Source of the DNA: a virus
Lineage: Duplodnaviria > Caudoviricetes
Strand: one strand, 5' to 3'
Virus record (IMG/VR): IMGVR_UViG_3300033076_000718
Location: 1-44,184 of that record
Length of the DNA: 44,184 bases
Of this stretch, positions 27,262-35,022 are shown piece after piece. Each line of letters starts with the position of its first letter. The stretch's first letter is position 1. The notes under the pieces were generated by a model. The model had not been told where the DNA came from and did no database searches. It was given only the letters and a program-made list of their open reading frames with translations. Both the position numbers and the translations under genes were made by a program.

Positions 27262-27578
27262 TAGTTAAGGATTGTATCTAGATTATTTTTAAGTGTAGTG
27301 TTCTTAGAGTTCTTAAGAATTAACTTGATGATTAGTTTAACGATTGGAATAATTTCTCCGTAGTGACCCATTAGAAAGCCCCAGATTCTCTTTAGAGGTT
27401 TACCTGTAGTATCTGATGTTCTGCTGTTAATTTCTTGCACATAACCTTCTAATTGGTTCCAGTCCTTATTATATTCTGAAAGCTTTGCTTCTAATTGTAG
27501 GATTCTTTCTGCTGCCGTCATTGTTTTAGCTGCTGCTATCGTAGTAGATACTACTTTATTGTTCTTAGTATTTGACAT
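27261..27578 (-). CDS. Hypothetical protein
   Basis: 105 aa; coiled coil plus an amphipathic C-terminal helix. Confidence 0.55.
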   Translation of the reverse strand: MSNTKNNKVVSTTIAAAKTMTAAERILQLEAKLSEYNKDWNQLEGYVQEINSRTSDTTGKPLKRIWGFLMGHYGEIIPIVKLIIKLILKNSKNTTLKNNLDTILN

Positions 27579-27609
27579 TTTATTTATTTAAGTTTTAATT
27601 ATATGTAAA

Positions 27610-27987
27610 TTAATCTATGTAATTTACCTTTAGTCCTAAATCTGCAAATGTTCCAGATTTAATAGTAGGACGTATATAATACGCTATTTGCATTTCGTTA
27701 ATAGTGAATACACCGTTCTCTTCGTCTACGGGTTCCAGTTTTACGTTATTTCTAAAGTGAATTTGGTCGCCTTTTTCTAGTTTGTTAGCCGAGTTTTCTG
27801 GTTGGGATATAATAGTACCCCAGTTTTCCCACTTTTCGAATATAGGCTTCATGCCTAGCTTACCTCCATCAGTTTCATAATGTTCAAATTCAGGAGTTAT
27901 TAGTCCCGATGTCGTCTGTTTCTGTGCTTTGGGTGGTAACTGTACTAGAACGTTCATGTTTAACGTTCTTATTTGTTCGTAATTCAT
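27610..27987 (-). CDS. groES: Co-chaperonin GroES-like protein
   Basis: IRTL..NVLV...TTSGLITP...GTIIS...LEKGDQI.F...INEMQI matches the Cpn10 pattern with an extended mobile loop. Confidence 0.72.
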   Translation of the reverse strand: MNYEQIRTLNMNVLVQLPPKAQKQTTSGLITPEFEHYETDGGKLGMKPIFEKWENWGTIISQPENSANKLEKGDQIHFRNNVKLEPVDEENGVFTINEMQIAYYIRPTIKSGTFADLGLKVNYID

Positions 27988-28498
27988 CTTTTATGAGTTT
28001 GTTAATTGCATTTATAAGAATTATTTGAGTAGGATTAGTCTCTCTAAAGTTTATATTATAAGAATGCACTGCAGATAACTGTAAAGATTGATTATCTATA
28101 GGTAATACTGCTGTTTCTTTCTTATATTTGGTACTTCTGAGTTTCCAGAGAGTCCTTAGACCTTCTATTTTATTAGGTGTCTTCTCCTTTCTTATGTTAG
28201 GAAGTGCTTTTCTCTGTATATAAGAGTCTATAGCGGGATATCTTATCTTAAATACACCCATAGGGGTAGATAATTTAGCTGCCGTAGGGCTATGAAGATA
28301 TCCAGCCATATCTCTCATGTATATGTCTATAGCTTTCTTTATTTGGTTAGGTTCTAAACGTATATCTAAGTCTCTTAAGTCCTTCCTTACCTTATTTACT
28401 ATCTTATCTTCTAATGTATTTAGCTTCTGTATAGTAAATCCTATATTAGTCGTAGTCTTTAACTTAGGCTGCTTAGGATTTAGATGAGTTAAGTCCAT
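27890..28498 (-). CDS. Basic HU/IHF-like DNA-binding protein (putative)
   Basis: Helix-helix followed by KLSTPMGVFKIR, resembling the HU-type l.gfG.F strand; very basic. Confidence 0.4.
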   Translation of the reverse strand: MDLTHLNPKQPKLKTTTNIGFTIQKLNTLEDKIVNKVRKDLRDLDIRLEPNQIKKAIDIYMRDMAGYLHSPTAAKLSTPMGVFKIRYPAIDSYIQRKALPNIRKEKTPNKIEGLRTLWKLRSTKYKKETAVLPIDNQSLQLSAVHSYNINFRETNPTQIILINAINKLIKDELRTNKNVKHERSSTVTTQSTETDDIGTNNS

Positions 28499-28877
28499 AA
28501 TTTATATTAATATTTATGTTAGGAGTAGATTTAGTTATAGATTTTATAAGTGATATGAATTTATCCGTAAAGAATACTATATTATCGGCATCTGTCTGGA
28601 CTATATTAGCGTCTTTAAATTTCTTTAGTACGGGAAACATAGTCTTAGTATTAATGTTATAGTTATATTTTGTCTGTAGTAAATTATATATCTGCTTACG
28701 GGCCGGTCTAGAAAACGTATAATATTTAGCACTATCCTTAGAAATGTTCATAAACTCATAAAGTATATTAATATACTTATCATTCATTTCTATATTAAGT
28801 ATAACGAATATAAGTTTTATGATTTCCTTAGTTCTCTGTTCTTCGGTATTCCTATTTACTTTAAAGTTTATGTTCAT
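28473..28877 (-). CDS. Hypothetical protein, possible winged-helix DNA-binding
   Basis: FSRPARKQI...L........LKKFKDANIV pattern. Confidence 0.45.
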   Translation of the reverse strand: MNINFKVNRNTEEQRTKEIIKLIFVILNIEMNDKYINILYEFMNISKDSAKYYTFSRPARKQIYNLLQTKYNYNINTKTMFPVLKKFKDANIVQTDADNIVFFTDKFISLIKSITKSTPNINININYGLNSSKS

Positions 28878-28909
28878 TGGTAAGTTTTGTTGTGTTGTGT
28901 TCGGTTTTA

Positions 28910-29146
28910 TTATTGTACTACTTGAAGTTGGTTAGCTGGATTTTGTTGAGCTTGATTAGCTGCCTGCTGAAGATTAAGAGCTGTCTGTATATCTGCCATG
29001 AATTCAGCATCAGAAAGATAAGCTAGAATCATTTTACCTACTTCTTGTTTAGTAGTGGGATCTAGTTGCTGGCTTACAGACATTAGAAAATTAAAATGCA
29101 TGAGGGTATCTAAGTTACTTTCTTTAAGTTGAGTATATGTTAACAT
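28910..29146 (-). CDS. Hypothetical protein (first gene of the leftward operon)
   Basis: 78 aa with a Gln-rich tail. Confidence 0.55.
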   Translation of the reverse strand: MLTYTQLKESNLDTLMHFNFLMSVSQQLDPTTKQEVGKMILAYLSDAEFMADIQTALNLQQAANQAQQNPANQLQVVQ

Positions 29147-29293
29147 TATTTAGTTGTTTTTTATTATAATTTATTATTAAATTAAGTGTTTGTTTACTGT
29201 TTTTTAGGTACTTTTTATTAGAGACGGCTAGCGCCTCCATCTTCGCTCCCCTTTGTTAGCGGTTCGACCGCTTGTACCACGCGAAGCTTACGG

Positions 29294-29325
29294 CGAAGAT
29301 ACAACATATTTTTGTAAAAAGCAAG
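29294..29325 (-). promoter_or_regulatory. Bacteroidota-type -33/-7 promoter for the leftward operon
   Basis: Minus strand CTTG-N20-TATCTTCG against the consensus TTTG-N19-21-TAnnTTTG. Confidence 0.55.
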
Positions 29326-29522
29326 TTTTTTTGTGATTATTTTTATTTTCTAAGGATTTATTTTCATTTTATGACATTTCTATGACAATTCTTGGGGTTT
29401 TTAGGGGTTTTTAGAGGAAAATTGTCGGGTAATTTAAATTTTTTGCGTGCAATATTTACAGAAAATAGGTACTTACCTTATTATATAGTAAGATAGGGGG
29501 TCTTATAAACACCCCCGGTCTA

Positions 29523-29577
29523 TATACGCTATGGTATTATTTATACAGTATGGTAGCGTTCTATATACAGTATGGTA
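29523..29577. repeat. Three 14-nt direct repeats TATAC(AG/GC)TATGGTA
   Basis: Copies at 29523-29536, 29542-29555 and 29564-29577; the last two are identical. Confidence 0.8.
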
Positions 29578-29677
29578 CCAAAATAACCTGCCCCGGTCAA
29601 ATACTTGACAGCGAACCTCCCCCGCCAGCTTGGTTGGTCGGAGTTAGCACTATTTAACAATATTAAATTTTGTATTT

Positions 29678-30181
29678 ATGAAAAAGTTAACTTTTTTTGC
29701 TCAGGTAACAATGACAGAAGCAAAAGAAAAATTCGAAGCAGCGAAAAGTTTAGGAATCACTTCAACTTTCGAAGAGTTTTTGAAGTCAGCTAACCTGGAA
29801 GTACCAATGAGTAGCGATAAACAAAAACGAGGTTTCGAAAAAATCGCCAGTTTTGAAACATTCGCAGAGCTTAAGGCATCAGGCCTTAAGATTGGCAGCA
29901 CTGCCAACACATGGAATGAAGTCGGTACATTCCGACTTCAAGCAGTCAAACAAAAAGGATTTGGAATGTCGAAAGACGAAAAAACCGACTTGTCCACAAT
30001 TGAAATTATCAGTTTTGAAATTATCGACGGACAAAATAAAGGCTTATTTATCCAATTCAATAGAACATTGAGTAATGAATTGTCAGCTTATTTAGAGAAA
30101 GAAAACACCACCAAATTTACGGCAAAATGCGAAGCCTTTACTGGATGGACATGTTCCAAAGCCCAATTCACCACAATCTAA
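29678..30181 (+). CDS. Hypothetical protein (first gene of the rightward arm)
   Basis: 167 aa; AT-rich leader and a terminator directly after. Confidence 0.7.
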   Translation: MKKLTFFAQVTMTEAKEKFEAAKSLGITSTFEEFLKSANLEVPMSSDKQKRGFEKIASFETFAELKASGLKIGSTANTWNEVGTFRLQAVKQKGFGMSKDEKTDLSTIEIISFEIIDGQNKGLFIQFNRTLSNELSAYLEKENTTKFTAKCEAFTGWTCSKAQFTTI

Positions 30182-30184
30182 AGA

Positions 30185-30217
30185 ATAGCACCCGAAAGGG
30201 TGCTATCTTATTTTTTT
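30185..30217 (+). terminator. Rho-independent terminator
   Basis: ATAGCACCC-GAAA-GGGTGCTAT followed by CTTATTTTTTT. Confidence 0.85.
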
Positions 30218-30231
30218 AATAAAAAACATCG

Positions 30232-30303
30232 TCGGAGTGAGTAGGACCTTGCCTGTAATAAGGTATCCAAATGGATTTAAATAGATAATCTTACTCGCTC
30301 CGA
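30232..30303 (+). ncRNA. Putative structured RNA (multibranch)
   Basis: 15-bp closing stem with 2 G-U pairs (30232-30246/30289-30303) enclosing two small hairpins. Confidence 0.45.
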
Positions 30304-30342
30304 TGTATTTTATAAATAATTAACCTAAATAAGCGACTCACA

Positions 30343-30579
30343 ATGAATATATATGAGCGACTCAAACAACAAATCGAAGATAAACGCTTCGGTGCTAAGA
30401 ATGGCATCATGTACTATGATATCAATATGGATAGCGATAATAAAAATCTCCTTCGCATAGAATCACAGGAGAATTGCATTAACCATAAGTTTGTCACCAA
30501 AGTACAATTTGATGCTATTGATGAACTGGATGTACGTGAGTACCTTGAACTCGTAAAAGATCGCGAATCATTTAACTAA
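30343..30579 (+). CDS. Hypothetical protein
   Basis: 78-aa ORF. Confidence 0.6.
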   Translation: MNIYERLKQQIEDKRFGAKNGIMYYDINMDSDNKNLLRIESQENCINHKFVTKVQFDAIDELDVREYLELVKDRESFN

Positions 30580-30661
30580 TCCAAAACTAGATTATTAACT
30601 ATATCCTATATCCGCCGAATATAAGATTAAAGCGCTTGGACAGCGAAGGCAACTATTAACA

Positions 30662-30901
30662 ATGACTAGTACAACATTAACTTGCTTTACTACCGAGATT
30701 GAAACACGTTTTGGAGTTGATTTCAGATATCATCGTTATTTCAATCAGCCGATTGATACTCCATATAACGACATGGTTGCAGAACATCATACCACGTTAA
30801 CTGACAAGGAATGTGATGAACTCACAATACAAGAGCGGGATGAAATGGAAGAACTAATTGGAAAGGACTGGGAAGAGCGTTATGGAAGGGAAAAGAAATA
30901 G
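30662..30901 (+). CDS. Hypothetical acidic protein
   Basis: 79-aa ORF. Confidence 0.6.
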   Translation: MTSTTLTCFTTEIETRFGVDFRYHRYFNQPIDTPYNDMVAEHHTTLTDKECDELTIQERDEMEELIGKDWEERYGREKK

Positions 30902-31059
30902 AATTTTATCAATACATGAATATGACAGCTCCCTTACAATAGTATAGGAGCTGTCCTAGCTTCGCTGACTTGGTAAAACCTCGTCAGTGCTACAAATCCC
31001 TGCTGAAAGCGAGCATAGAGACAGCAAACCTTTATGGCTACTGGATGCAGGGATATTTT

Positions 31060-31134
31060 GCGCTCTTAGCTCAGATGGTTAGAGCAGCTGACTCATAATC
31101 AGCAGGTCAGGGGTTCAAGTCCCTTAGAGGCGCA
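31060..31134 (+). tRNA. tRNA with CAT anticodon (probably Ile2/lysidine type; Met possible)
   Basis: GCGCTCT acceptor, TAGCTCAGATGGTTAGAGC D-arm, GCTGA-CTCATAA-TCAGC anticodon arm, GGTTCAAGTCC T-arm, A73. One extra nt in the 3' acceptor strand; no encoded CCA. Confidence 0.85.
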
Positions 31135-31156
31135 CTAGGTAATCATCCTAATATTC

Positions 31157-31242
31157 ACTATCACTGCGAGTGAGTCTGTACATTCAGAGGCTCAGACACA
31201 CGCTATTGAATCTGCATATTATAGTAATATCGCGGTGATAGT
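31157..31242 (+). ncRNA. Putative structured RNA (multibranch)
   Basis: 13-bp closing stem ACTATCACTGCGA/TCGCGGTGATAGT (1 G-U) with inner hairpins. Confidence 0.45.
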
Positions 31243-31255
31243 TTTTAAGAAATAC

Positions 31256-31352
31256 TATTATAGGTAACGCATCCACCTATGATATAGAGCAGTGAAAGTG
31301 ATGCTCCCTGTTATCCCGAACCTGACCAATGCGTGATTCAAACGGGATAACA
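31256..31352 (+). ncRNA. Putative three-hairpin RNA with loop-loop pairing
   Basis: Stems of 10, 5 and 10 bp; loops contain complementary ACGCAT/ATGCGT. Confidence 0.45.
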
Positions 31353-31403
31353 TATAATACGAACAATATTAGCCGATTGTATGCTCTTACGATACGGCCA
31401 TAC

Positions 31404-31462
31404 GGGGATGTAGCTCAATGGTAGAGTGTTAAAGGTTGGGGGTTCGATTCCCTTCATCTCCG
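31404..31462 (+). ncRNA. tRNA-Ala-like RNA lacking the anticodon arm
   Basis: Acceptor GGGGATG/CATCTCC with G3-U70, intact D-arm and T-arm, and only GTTAAAGGTT between them. Confidence 0.75.
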
Positions 31463-31701
31463 CAAACAAACAATATGAACCGAACACTAACAGATAACCT
31501 GAAAAGGTTAATTTGTTGTCTAGGTTCGTTGGAGCTGCGTTATTATAATAATGTGGCTCCTTCTTTATATTATATTAAATAATAATATTATATATAATAT
31601 AAGGAAATAGTTTAGTTTTGGATTTGGTTCGAGGGTACCTCAGAAATGTGGTACCCTTACTTTAAATCCACACAAATAGTCACCAAATTCTCTATTATAC
31701 A

Positions 31702-32067
31702 ATGAAACCAGTATTAGCAATTATTATAACACTAATAGGTGTTATAATTGGAGTCGCATTTATGCAACAAAAAACACAGGTACGCAATTTCTACACACAG
31801 CTGAAGCCTCAAGACTCCACAGCTGTGTATGTTAGAATACTCACGGTAGACCGCTGCCAAGTTGCTTATGTTATAAGCAAAGGACGCGACTCTATTAAGT
31901 ACGAATGTACTGACTTTGTTCGTACCTTAAACGGTGTAAACATTGTCAACAACGACCAGAGAACGATTAGCAAAGGGTCTTTCCATCGCCTATTTATCCA
32001 AAATGGATGTGGGAAAATCCTTGTTGAACAGAGTCCATTTTACAACGTTTATCCGGAGTGTAAATGA
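31702..32067 (+). CDS. Membrane-anchored/exported hypothetical protein
   Basis: N-terminal hydrophobic helix; 4 Cys in the ectodomain. Confidence 0.65.
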   Translation: MKPVLAIIITLIGVIIGVAFMQQKTQVRNFYTQLKPQDSTAVYVRILTVDRCQVAYVISKGRDSIKYECTDFVRTLNGVNIVNNDQRTISKGSFHRLFIQNGCGKILVEQSPFYNVYPECK

Positions 32068-32810
32068 GCTTAAAAACTGACTTCACTAGAGCTGCTATAG
32101 CATTAACTGTAACAGCTCTATTCTTTGCCTACACTACATCTAAGATTGAAAGATGTAATGAACCTCAAGCAAAGAAGGCAATAAAGAAAGAACGTAGTAT
32201 CAATAGTAGTAATAACTACAAACTAAATGATAGCACGTTCAACGCTACTAGAAGTGAAACGATTAATTATTACCAGGTATTACAACTTCTAATAAAAGTT
32301 GCTGAAGACTTCAAACCATATGAGTACAAATGTTCCGCTGGAGTAAAAACCCGTGGGCATGGACTCACTAAACCTGAAGTTGTTTCCTACAATAAGCGCA
32401 ATAACACCGATATAGAGTGGACTGACATAGATAATGTCCATACTAGCACTATTATAATACAGGATATACTGGAAGAACGTTTTCAGCGTATTAGAACTAG
32501 ATACGATTTTCTAGATGCACCTACCACATTTGCCCTTATAAGCCTCTCTTATAACGCTGGACCTAATATACTCAAATCACCGAGTATTCAACATGGACTA
32601 GCCATGTATCAGAGAACTCAAGGGAAAGACCGTGAGAGCCTTTCTAAGGCATTATTATTATTCTCGTATGCAAAGGTCAAAGGCAAAAAGAAATGGCTTA
32701 GAGGCCTTAATAACCGCCGTAAAATTGAAATAAAGTTACTACAGAGAGATTTCTCTCCCAAAGATCTAGACCGTTTAAAGATTATTGTTAAAAATCAAGA
32801 AAAAGCGTAA
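32064..32810 (+). CDS. GH24 lysozyme with an N-terminal SAR/signal-anchor-like helix
   Basis: E-x8-C-x5-T catalytic triad (EDFKPYEYKCSAGVKT), ALISLSYNAG, GLNNRRKIE. Ala/Thr-rich N-terminal helix. Confidence 0.82.
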   Translation: MSLKTDFTRAAIALTVTALFFAYTTSKIERCNEPQAKKAIKKERSINSSNNYKLNDSTFNATRSETINYYQVLQLLIKVAEDFKPYEYKCSAGVKTRGHGLTKPEVVSYNKRNNTDIEWTDIDNVHTSTIIIQDILEERFQRIRTRYDFLDAPTTFALISLSYNAGPNILKSPSIQHGLAMYQRTQGKDRESLSKALLLFSYAKVKGKKKWLRGLNNRRKIEIKLLQRDFSPKDLDRLKIIVKNQEKA

Positions 32811-33088
32811 TGAACGATAACAATCAATTCAAGGATTTGACTGAAACCGAAGTTGAGTTAGTAAAACGGTTTCTTTATACTCAGGACAAAATTTATAATT
32901 TACATCAAGTAATGCATGATTCAGAAGATAAATGGTTTAAACTAAGCTTAGCATTAAACATAAATCTTCTTGAAAAGCATATTAAAGCCCTAGATTTAGC
33001 TGCACATGGAGGAACATATCCATATGCTAATCTAGAAGAGGGTTTATACGCCCTTAAGTATAGTAATAAACTATCTTTTACTAACTAA
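32810..33088 (+). CDS. Hypothetical protein
   Basis: 92 aa; TAATG overlap with the lysozyme gene. Confidence 0.6.
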   Translation: MNDNNQFKDLTETEVELVKRFLYTQDKIYNLHQVMHDSEDKWFKLSLALNINLLEKHIKALDLAAHGGTYPYANLEEGLYALKYSNKLSFTN

Positions 33089-33103
33089 TAAAACAACTAG
33101 ACA

Positions 33104-33847
33104 ATGGCACATAACCCATTTTTCGCAAAACAGTTGAGACAACTTGTTTCCTTAATTATTTTCTGTTTCTTTATGGCAGGATTAATGTTCTATTTCGGAT
33201 ATAATACACGCATACCTGATTTAGCGGCAGCCTGTATAGTATTATCTCTATTATCTTTAGTTTCAGGTTGTATGTTCATAAATGAATATAGAGTTGAGAA
33301 CAAAAGATATAAAGAATGGAAAGAGATAAACGCTAGATTTCGAGAAAATCAGCGTAAATTTGGTAATCCTCAAGTGTTTACTATATTATTTATGTTATTC
33401 ACTACTGTAGGTTATTCTCAAACACAGGAGTTTTCAGGAAGGTTTGAAAGAGCTATCCAATATGATCCAGAGTCGCCTTTCCCCGAAGAAATTCAGGGAA
33501 TCCACTATTTAAGGATTAATCTAGAAAACCGTGAAATAGCTCTTATTGATGACTGTGACAGCACTCATGCTACACGATACATATTCTACGATAGAATTAA
33601 CAAATTCTATAACGAAGAGTATAACATCAAAGTATATTCTGACTTTGAGTACTCTATTGTACTCGTAGAATATCGAGATATGACTAGTAATGAAGAAGTT
33701 TGCCCATTCTATTTAGACCATGTCTGGATAATGAATAGGCCTGACAACATGGCCATATTTACCGATGCAAACTTTGAACGAAGTCTTATTATTGACCAGC
33801 CACGCTTAGTGTGGTTTAATCATGAAGATACAGAGAATGAAAGGTAG
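33104..33847 (+). CDS. Membrane protein: 2 TM plus an internal signal-peptide-like segment and an exported domain
   Basis: Two TM helices, a basic linker, then VFTILFMLFTTVGYS-Q. Confidence 0.65.
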   Translation: MAHNPFFAKQLRQLVSLIIFCFFMAGLMFYFGYNTRIPDLAAACIVLSLLSLVSGCMFINEYRVENKRYKEWKEINARFRENQRKFGNPQVFTILFMLFTTVGYSQTQEFSGRFERAIQYDPESPFPEEIQGIHYLRINLENREIALIDDCDSTHATRYIFYDRINKFYNEEYNIKVYSDFEYSIVLVEYRDMTSNEEVCPFYLDHVWIMNRPDNMAIFTDANFERSLIIDQPRLVWFNHEDTENER

Positions 33848-34073
33848 ACCGAGTAAAGTTGGAAGAACGTTCATCGGCAAACAAATGCTGAAGATACGCA
33901 CAGATAAAGGGCTTACACAAAAAGCTGCTGCTGAATTGTGCGGTCTTCAAACAGACCGATGGACGAAGTTGGAAAGAGGATATAATTATCCCTCATTACG
34001 GACATTACAGAAGATAGCACAGGGACTAAACTGCGATTTATTCGTAGAACTACGTCCTCAAGATATTAAATAG
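33822..34073 (+). CDS. XRE/Cro-family HTH transcriptional regulator
   Basis: IR..KGLTQ..AAE.CG......KLERG...PSL.TL.KIA.GL. Confidence 0.9.
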   Translation: MKIQRMKGRPSKVGRTFIGKQMLKIRTDKGLTQKAAAELCGLQTDRWTKLERGYNYPSLRTLQKIAQGLNCDLFVELRPQDIK

Positions 34074-34125
34074 GCGTTTTTTCATTCGAATAAGATCTTC
34101 AGAATCTGCTCGATTCTATTCGGTT

Positions 34126-34166
34126 CTAGTCCTGTCTACCCAAAAGAGGGGGACAGGCTAGTTTTT
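34126..34166 (+). terminator. Terminator-like hairpin carrying the conserved core TACCCAAAAGAGGGG (copy 1)
   Basis: CTAG-T-CCTGTC / GACAGG-CTAG stem followed by TTTTT. Confidence 0.6.
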
Positions 34167-34191
34167 GTTAATGATTAAATTATTTATAAAG

Positions 34192-34407
34192 ATGAAAAAG
34201 ATTCGTTTAACTAATGACTGGCTTTTGGCCGGAATATGGTTTGTAATAGTATTACTAGATATTATAGGTATACGTAATGTAGAGCAAAGTAGGTACCCGT
34301 GGATAGGCATAACAGCATTAATATTCGCAGTAGGTGTATGGATAGGCTATACTATAATAGCTATAGACAACGAAACCCCTGTATTTACTAAAACAAAGAA
34401 ACAATGA
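34192..34407 (+). CDS. Small 2-TM membrane protein (holin-like candidate)
   Basis: Two hydrophobic helices and a basic C-terminus. Start moved to ATG 34192 (MKKIR). Confidence 0.55.
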   Translation: MKKIRLTNDWLLAGIWFVIVLLDIIGIRNVEQSRYPWIGITALIFAVGVWIGYTIIAIDNETPVFTKTKKQ

Positions 34408-34736
34408 AATATTTATTATATGCCTACGGATTATTCCTAGCTGGCTTTGTATGTAAAATTTGTAAGCATCTCTATTTTGATGAGTTGCAGATAGCATTAG
34501 GTGCAATAGTAATTCTTATTCCACTGCTCATCCTATTTACAATTCTGTTCATTTATTACAGAACACAGCAACTATTACATGCTGCAGATGTATTATCTAA
34601 TCAATTGAGAGCTTTAAATGTGGTTGTACACGCGTCAAGAAATATGGTACAAAAAATGGCCGGTGCAAATTGTGTCATGGAACTAGAAATTCATGCTTTG
34701 CATGAAAAATATATACCTAAAGAAGAAACGGAATGA
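34404..34736 (+). CDS. 2-TM membrane protein
   Basis: Two N-terminal hydrophobic helices; ATGA coupling to neighbours. Confidence 0.6.
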   Translation: MKYLLYAYGLFLAGFVCKICKHLYFDELQIALGAIVILIPLLILFTILFIYYRTQQLLHAADVLSNQLRALNVVVHASRNMVQKMAGANCVMELEIHALHEKYIPKEETE

Positions 34737-34960
34737 AAGTAGCAAGAATATTATTTGTAATTGCAATTATAAGCACAATACTATCCTGTAAACAAACACC
34801 ACATACAACTGCTAAAGTAAGTGGTACATTAGGGGGTAGTGCAGATATTTCTATAGTAGAACACAATGGGCACACTTATATGGTATTTGCTATTCCTAAT
34901 GGAATAACTGCTTTACCGGATCCGGAGTGTGTAAAGTGTAAACAAAACAAGCCAAAATAA
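34733..34960 (+). CDS. Small lipoprotein
   Basis: MKVAR + hydrophobic core + ILS-C lipobox; C-terminal CxxC. Confidence 0.65.
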   Translation: MKVARILFVIAIISTILSCKQTPHTTAKVSGTLGGSADISIVEHNGHTYMVFAIPNGITALPDPECVKCKQNKPK

Positions 34961-34966
34961 ATTCAA

Positions 34967-35010
34967 TTTAGTGAACCAGACTTACGCAAAACATCTGATT
35001 ATTCACTAAA
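34967..35010 (+). promoter_or_regulatory. Intergenic stem-loop upstream of the GH73 gene
   Basis: TTTAGTGAA/TTCACTAAA 9-bp stem ending 12 nt before the ATG. Confidence 0.35.
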
Positions 35011-35022
35011 CCCATTTATATT

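Noticed and set aside
29523-29577. Possible mini-CRISPR array
   Set aside because: The repeats are 14 nt with 5-8 nt spacers, far too short, and there are no cas genes.
31021-31027. ACAGCAA loop as a Ro60/Y-RNA-type element
   Set aside because: Single occurrence, no TROVE gene in the window, and the association is only a vague recollection.
31135-31200. tRNA-associated HDV-like (theta) ribozyme after the CAT tRNA
   Set aside because: I could not build the nested double pseudoknot by eye; a motif search is needed.
31404-31462. tmRNA or an intron-split tRNA
   Set aside because: Both acceptor strands are only 59 nt apart, with no tag ORF or intron between them, and the D-stem is intact.
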